From Candidatus Sericytochromatia bacterium (GTDB lineage: Bacteria; Cyanobacteriota; Sericytochromatia; S15B-MN24; JAQBPE01), in NCBI GenBank assembly GCA_035285125.1, contig JAYKHR010000172.1:1-12444 (forward strand): a DNA stretch of 12,444 nt, in the 5' to 3' direction. Every line of letters begins with the position of its first letter. Position 1 is the stretch's first letter. Both the position numbers and the translations under genes were made by a program. Under the pieces are notes generated by a model, which ran no database searches, was not told the DNA's origin, and saw nothing but the letters and a program-made list of their open reading frames with translations. Of this stretch, positions 7,691-12,444 are shown piece by piece.

Positions 7691-8851
7691 TCAGGCCGCC
7701 CGGGAGGCCACCTGCCCGGCGTCCTTGCGGGCGCCGAAGAACTTGATGCCCAGCACCAGGCAGACGATGCCGATGGTGACCATCGCGACCAGGCTGTGGG
7801 TGATCCAGGCGATCACGATCGTGATGCCCGAGAGCACGAGGGCGATAGGGAAGGTGATGAAGCCCGTCAGGCCGCGGCCCATGTCGCCGAGGAACGGCAG
7901 CACATCGAGCAGGGTGTTGAGCGGCGACACCATCATCCGCAGGCCGCCCCAGCACAGCAGGAAGCCCAGCAGACGGAAGCCCCAGATCCAGATCTGGTAC
8001 TCGGTCTGGAGCGTCTTCAGGGCGTCTTCCTTGGAGCCTGCGAACACGCGGTACATCGTGCGCTTGTCGACCTCTGCGGCCGCAAGGCGGGTGCCGGACT
8101 CCAGCTTGCCGAATGCCGTGTAGGTGCCTCCGGGGGCCAGCGCCGTGTACGACAGGCGGACGTCGCCGACCTTCGGCTCAGCAGCGCGGGCGCTTCCCAC
8201 GTAGAGGTGCTCCCCGGACACGGTGCCACCGGTGGTCGTCGCGCCCTCCAGCCGCACCGGCGCGCCGCCGGGCAGGGAGACCTCGCTCATCTGCAGCGCG
8301 AGAGCGCCCACGGCGGCCTCGGCGGCCTTCTGGGTCTCGCCCTTCACGGCCATCGGGGGGTTGTGGTGCCCCTCCTTTTTCTTGAAGCCGTCGCTGCTTT
8401 CCGGGCTGGAGGTCCAGTCTGTGTCGTACTTGTAGGTCGTGGTCTTCTTCTCGCTGCCGCCCGCGCTCTTCTCCGTCTTGGTGTCCTTGGCCTCCTGCCA
8501 GGCGTACATCTCCGCCTCGCGGGTGAGCACGACGTAGTTCCCGGCCGGGAGGTAGGCGTCGCCGAGGCGGGCGCTCGTGGCGAGGGGCCCCGTGGCCGCC
8601 ACGAACTTGCCGATCGCACCCTGGTCGGGTTTGGCCGCGTCGACGGCCGCGGCCTTCTTGGCGAGGTCAGCCTCGTTGACGGTGCCCTCGTTCATGTACA
8701 GCACCACGAAGGAGGCCAGGAAGAACACGATGCCGAGCAAGGCGGTGCCGACCGAGTCCCACAGGCGGGACAGCAGGCCCTGCTCGCTGGACTCGGTCAC
8801 GCTGTCGCTGCTTTCGCCGCCGCTTGAAAACTCCACGTCGTCGTCTGCCAT
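7691..8851 (-). CDS. TMEM43 (LUMA/DUF1625) family membrane protein
   Basis: SRLWDSVGTALLGIVFFLASFVVLYMNEG, L.REAEMYAWQE, TTYKY..DW, HHNPP, PKVGDVRLSY and W.FRLLGFLL followed by C-terminal hydrophobic helices. SD GGAGG at 8856-8860 precedes ATG 8851. Confidence 0.85.
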   Translation of the reverse strand: MADDDVEFSSGGESSDSVTESSEQGLLSRLWDSVGTALLGIVFFLASFVVLYMNEGTVNEADLAKKAAAVDAAKPDQGAIGKFVAATGPLATSARLGDAYLPAGNYVVLTREAEMYAWQEAKDTKTEKSAGGSEKKTTTYKYDTDWTSSPESSDGFKKKEGHHNPPMAVKGETQKAAEAAVGALALQMSEVSLPGGAPVRLEGATTTGGTVSGEHLYVGSARAAEPKVGDVRLSYTALAPGGTYTAFGKLESGTRLAAAEVDKRTMYRVFAGSKEDALKTLQTEYQIWIWGFRLLGFLLCWGGLRMMVSPLNTLLDVLPFLGDMGRGLTGFITFPIALVLSGITIVIAWITHSLVAMVTIGIVCLVLGIKFFGARKDAGQVASRAA

Positions 8852-8997
8852 GAGGCCTCCTGAGGTTGTCGGGGGATGGGGGCGTGGTCGCACGCCGCGT
8901 GCTGCATACCCGACACGCGGGATGTGTGACCGGCAACCATCGTTTCCGTGTCAAGGCGACGGGCGTGCCCCCCCTGCAGGAGCCGGCCAAGCGCCCC

Positions 8998-11433
8998 TCA
9001 GAGCATGTGGTAGGGGTTCAGATCGAGGGCGATCCGCACGCCGGCGCTCCCCGCCTGGGCGGCCGCCCGGCGCAGCAGTGGGCGCAGCGCGTCCAGCGCC
9101 TGCGTCTTCACCACCACCTGCTGCCTGGCGAGGCCCCGCACCCTGGCAAGCGGCGCCTCGTGCGGGCCGAAGACCTCCACGGCCGCCTCGCCCCGCAACG
9201 CCTCGGCGAAGCGCCCGGCAGCCCGCGCCGCGAGCGCCTCCTCGGCCGCGGCCGCCACCATCACCACGAGGGCGCAGTCTGGCGGCCACATCAGCGCCTG
9301 GCGGTCGGGTCGCTCGGCCTCGTAGAACTGCCTGTAGTCGTGGGCGGCTGCGGCCTGCACCGCCACGTGGCCGGGTTCGTAGGCCTGCACCACCACCCGG
9401 CCCGGCAGGGTGTGGCGCCCTGCCCGCCCGGCGACCTGGGACAGCAGCTGGAAGGTGCGCTCCGCGGCTCGGAAGTCCGGGAGGTTGAGGGCGGCGTCGG
9501 CCGCCATCACGCCGACGAGCGTGACGCGCGGGAAGTCCAGCCCCTTCGCCACCATCTGGGTGCCGATGAGGATGTCCTGCTCGCCCCTGCCGAAGGCATC
9601 CAGCAGGGCCGCGTGGCTGCCCCGGCGCTGCGTCGTGTCGCGATCGACGCGCACGATGCGGGCCTCGGGAAAGAGGCGCTGGCAGGCCTCCTCCACCTGC
9701 TGCGTGCCCGCCCCAAAGTGCCGGATGGTGGCGCCGTGGCAGCTTGGGCAGGTCTCCGGCAGGGGCTCGCGGTGGTCGCAGTAGTGGCAGCGCAGGCCGG
9801 GCGGGTTGGCGTGGTGCGTCAGCGCCACGGAGCAGCGGGCGCACTTGCAGGTGTGCCCGCACTCGCGGCAGAACACGTGGGAGCTGTAGCCCCGGCGGTT
9901 CAGCAGCAAGATGGCCTGCTCCCCCGCCGCGAGGATCTCGCCGAGCCCCGTGCGCAGCGCCCGCGAGAAGATGCTGCGGTTGCCGTCTGCAAGCTCCTTG
10001 CGCATGTCGACCACCGTCACCGGGGGGAGGGGCCGGTCCTCGACGCGCTCGGGCATCTCGAGGAGGGTGGCCGCGCCATCCAGCGCCGCCGCGTAGGACT
10101 CGACGGAGGGGGTGGCGCTGCCGAGCACCAGGATGGCCCCCGCGAGCCGGGCGCGCTCCGCGGCGACGGTGCGGGCGTGGTAGCGCGGCGCGGTGTCTTG
10201 CTTGTAGCTGCTCTCGTGCTCCTCGTCGACGATGATCACCCCGAGATCATCGAGAGGCGCGAACACCGCCGAGCGGGCCCCCACCACCACCCGGGCGTCG
10301 CCGCCGCGGATGCGCTGCCACTCGTCGAAGCGCTCGCCCTCGCTCAGGTGCGAGTGCAGCACCGCCACCGTGTCCCCGAAGCGCCCCTGGAAGCGTCGGA
10401 CGGTCTGGGGCGTCAGGGCGATCTCGGGCACGAGCACGATGGCCGTCCGGCCGGCGTCGAGGGCCTGCGCGATCACCTGCATGTACACCTCGGTCTTGCC
10501 GCTCCCCGTGACGCCATGGAGCACGTAGGTGCGGGCGCCCGGCGGCGCGTCGACGATGGCCTCCACCACCTCCCGCTGGCGCGGCGTGAGCGGCGGGGGC
10601 GGGTCGGCGCTGGCGTGCCCGACGGCGCTGCGCCTGACGGGCCGGCTCTCGAGCGTGAGCAACCCCCTGGCGGCCAGCCGGCGCAGCGTCTCCGGCGTCG
10701 TGGCAGCCTCTCGCTGCAGCGCGGCCGCCGGCACGACGCCACCCGACCGCCGGAGCACCTCCAGCACCTCGGCCTGCCTGGGCGTGACGTCGTCGGCCCG
10801 GGCCTCCGGGGCGAGGCAGGCGTGCAGCACCCGCCGCTCGCGCTGCCGCGGCGGTTCGTAGGTGGCCTGGGTGCGGATCCAGCCCCGCTGGCGCCAGGCC
10901 GCCAGCACCGGGGATGACCGGCGGGCCGCGCTGCGCAGGGCTGCCAGCGGGGCTGCGCCGCCGTGCCGCGCCAAGGCCTCCGCGAGCACCGCCTCGGCCC
11001 CGCGTGCCCCCGCCGTGCCCGCCGCGAATTCGGCCTCGCTCACCGCCCGCACGACCGTTCGCCGGATGCGGGACAGCGTGCCGCGGGGCATCACCGTCGT
11101 CACGATGTCGGCCATCGAGGCCAGCGTGGTTTCAGCCAGCCAGGGCAGCAGGGCCTGCAAGGTGGGGGGCAGCACCTCCCCCTCGACCACATCGGCCAAC
11201 TCGCGCACCTCCAGCCCCTCCGGCGCCACGTCGCGCAGGGCCACGACGTAGCCTGCGACGGGACCCTGGGCCCCGAAGGGGGCCAGCACGGGCGTGCCGG
11301 GCGTCAGCTTGCCGCGCCAGGCCTCCGGCACGCGGTAGGTGTAGGGGCGCTGCTCGGCCAGGTTCAGCCCGTCGATGACGACGTCGGCGAAGGCGGCGCC
11401 CGGGCCGGGCAATGAGGCGGGCTCGGCAGGCAT
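8998..11433 (-). CDS. priA: Primosomal protein N' (replication restart helicase)
   Basis: YTYRVP...APFG N-terminal domain, LHGVTGSGKTEVY, LVPEIALTPQ, DEEHESSYKQ..PRYHAR, LNRRGY, 8-Cys region (CREC, CARC, CHYC, CPSC), GTQMVAKGLDFP and QVAGRAGR. Start trimmed to ATG 11433 (ATG 11445 possible); the ORF-track extension to 11862 overlaps the MarR gene. Confidence 0.97.
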   Translation of the reverse strand: MPAEPASLPGPGAAFADVVIDGLNLAEQRPYTYRVPEAWRGKLTPGTPVLAPFGAQGPVAGYVVALRDVAPEGLEVRELADVVEGEVLPPTLQALLPWLAETTLASMADIVTTVMPRGTLSRIRRTVVRAVSEAEFAAGTAGARGAEAVLAEALARHGGAAPLAALRSAARRSSPVLAAWRQRGWIRTQATYEPPRQRERRVLHACLAPEARADDVTPRQAEVLEVLRRSGGVVPAAALQREAATTPETLRRLAARGLLTLESRPVRRSAVGHASADPPPPLTPRQREVVEAIVDAPPGARTYVLHGVTGSGKTEVYMQVIAQALDAGRTAIVLVPEIALTPQTVRRFQGRFGDTVAVLHSHLSEGERFDEWQRIRGGDARVVVGARSAVFAPLDDLGVIIVDEEHESSYKQDTAPRYHARTVAAERARLAGAILVLGSATPSVESYAAALDGAATLLEMPERVEDRPLPPVTVVDMRKELADGNRSIFSRALRTGLGEILAAGEQAILLLNRRGYSSHVFCRECGHTCKCARCSVALTHHANPPGLRCHYCDHREPLPETCPSCHGATIRHFGAGTQQVEEACQRLFPEARIVRVDRDTTQRRGSHAALLDAFGRGEQDILIGTQMVAKGLDFPRVTLVGVMAADAALNLPDFRAAERTFQLLSQVAGRAGRHTLPGRVVVQAYEPGHVAVQAAAAHDYRQFYEAERPDRQALMWPPDCALVVMVAAAAEEALAARAAGRFAEALRGEAAVEVFGPHEAPLARVRGLARQQVVVKTQALDALRPLLRRAAAQAGSAGVRIALDLNPYHML

Positions 11434-11443
11434 GCTGCGCACC

Positions 11444-11452
11444 ATTATGCCA
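11444..11452 (-). promoter_or_regulatory. Extended -10 element (TGn-CATAAT) for priA
   Basis: Minus strand TGTGGCATAAT lies 10 nt before ATG 11433; no -35 box or SD is visible. Confidence 0.45.
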
Positions 11453-11485
11453 CACGCCCACGCCGGGGGCGGGGGGTGACGTTGG

Positions 11486-11519
11486 TTGACAGGCAGGTAT
11501 TTTTGATGAAAAAATATCT
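11486..11519 (+). promoter_or_regulatory. Promoter and overlapping palindromic operator of the MarR operon
   Basis: Perfect TTGACA at 11486-11491, TGn-AAAAAT at 11507-11515, and inverted repeat AGGTATTTTT-gatga-AAAAATATCT (11495-11519). This is the most conspicuous AT-rich patch in the window. Confidence 0.7.
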
Positions 11520-11560
11520 CCCATAAGACAATTTGCCTGCCAAGGTTGAGGAGCGCCCGC

Positions 11561-12010
11561 TTGGGTCTCGACGCGTGTCCCTGTTTCAACCTCGGGCTTG
11601 CCCACCGACGCGTGGCGCGGGCCTTCGAGGAGGCGTTGGAGCCGCTGGGCCTCACGGTGGCCCAGGCGCACTGCCTGCACGTGCTGTTCGTGGCCGACGG
11701 CCGTTCTGCCAAGGACCTCGCCCGAGAGCTCCAGATCGACTCGGGCACCCTGACGCCGCTGCTGGACCGCCTCGAGCGCTCCAGCCTGGTGCGGCGCTGC
11801 CCTGACCCCGCCGACCGCAGGGCGATGCGCATCTGCCTCGAGGAGCGGGCCCACAGGCTCAAGCCGGCGGTGGAGGCGGCGCTCGCCGAGGCCTCCGCCC
11901 GGCTGGCCGGACGCTTCGACCCCAGCGAGTTCGCGACCCTGATGACCCTCGTCAGGCGCCTGGTAGACGAGGCCGCCTCGTCATCTGCGCCGCTTGCTCC
12001 CCGCCCCTGA
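11561..12010 (+). CDS. MarR family transcriptional regulator, OhrR-like and Cys-rich
   Basis: LDACPCFNL, LEPLGLTVAQ, LARELQIDSGTLTPLLDRLE, LVRR..DPADRR. SD GAGGAG (11548-11553) lies 7 nt before TTG 11561; TTG 11546 is an alternative. Confidence 0.92.
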   Translation: MGLDACPCFNLGLAHRRVARAFEEALEPLGLTVAQAHCLHVLFVADGRSAKDLARELQIDSGTLTPLLDRLERSSLVRRCPDPADRRAMRICLEERAHRLKPAVEAALAEASARLAGRFDPSEFATLMTLVRRLVDEAASSSAPLAPRP

Positions 12011-12021
12011 AAGGAACGGCC

Positions 12022-12261
12022 ATGAAGCTCTACAACCTCGATCGCTGCCCTTACTGCAAGATGGTGCGCGACAAGCTCGACGCGCTCGGGCTCGCCTACG
12101 ACAAGGTGGAGGTGCCCTCGGACCGCGCGCAGCGGCAGGAGGTCTTCGATGTCTCCGGCCAGTGGACCGTCCCCGTCCTCGTTGACGGCGAGGTGATGCT
12201 CGACGACGAGGAGAAGATCCTGCCCTACCTCGATCAGACCTACGGCCAGGCCTCCCGCTGA
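12022..12261 (+). CDS. Glutaredoxin / GST-N-like thioredoxin-fold protein
   Basis: CPYC active site and SGQWTVPVLVDG with the cis-Pro TVP motif. SD AAGGA, 11 bp after the MarR stop. Confidence 0.92.
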   Translation: MKLYNLDRCPYCKMVRDKLDALGLAYDKVEVPSDRAQRQEVFDVSGQWTVPVLVDGEVMLDDEEKILPYLDQTYGQASR

Positions 12262-12311
12262 GCCTGGCCCACGGCAGCAGCCCCGCCGACCTCCCCCCGG
12301 AGGAGAAAGAC

Positions 12312-12444
12312 GTGAGCACCCGGATGCTCGACCCGATCACCACCCACCGCCGCGCCGGCGAGGCCGACCTCGCCGAGGCCGGGACCCTGGCGCTGGAACT
12401 GAACGCCCGGGCCGCGACGTCGCCGCTCTACACCAACAACCAGA
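12312..12444 (+). CDS. Hypothetical protein, 3'-truncated (MSTRMLDPITTHRRAGEADLAEAGTLALELNARAATSPLYTNNQ...)
   Basis: Strong SD GGAGGAG (12299-12305) before GTG 12312; frame open to the window end with GC3-biased codons. Absent from the ORF track, presumably because it has no stop in the window. Confidence 0.7.
   Translation, partial: MSTRMLDPITTHRRAGEADLAEAGTLALELNARAATSPLYTNNQ

Noticed and set aside
8860..8997. Riboswitch or promoter upstream of the TMEM43 gene (minus-strand TTGACA at 8949-8954; hairpins at 8881-8896 and 8895-8920)
   Set aside because: No -10 box at a 16-18 nt spacing and no match to riboswitch consensus sequences I can recognise, including c-di-GMP-I. An Infernal/Rfam scan would settle it.
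8866..10917. 683-aa plus-strand ORF and the other long overlapping ORFs across the window
   Set aside because: They lie antisense or out of frame to clearly recognisable genes such as priA; long stop-free shadow frames are expected at this GC content.

Overview
A very GC-rich bacterial chromosomal segment (visibly >70% GC, not computed), densely coding, with no transposase, phage, rRNA, tRNA or CRISPR signal. Left to right: the 3' part of a repeat-rich hypothetical protein (N-terminal (NQAGGLIS)x7 tandem repeat, C-terminal Gly/Asn tail), an AidB-like acyl-CoA dehydrogenase and a GT4 glycosyltransferase (+); then, on the minus strand, an M48 metallopeptidase, a YjgN/DUF898 membrane protein, a lipoprotein FKBP-type PPIase, a TMEM43/LUMA-family membrane protein and priA. 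A divergent plus-strand operon encodes a Cys-rich OhrR-like MarR regulator, a CPYC glutaredoxin and a truncated third gene. Most genes belong to known families. The less ordinary signals are the double-repeat protein at the left edge, an exact 15-residue-periodic Trp-x-x-Pro array behind a Zn-ribbon in the YjgN protein, a REP-like intergenic palindrome, an apparently leaderless promoter for the FKBP gene, and a probable thiol-redox operon with a visible palindromic operator. I see no clear complete novel multi-gene system. All family calls come from motif recognition by eye, not database searches.
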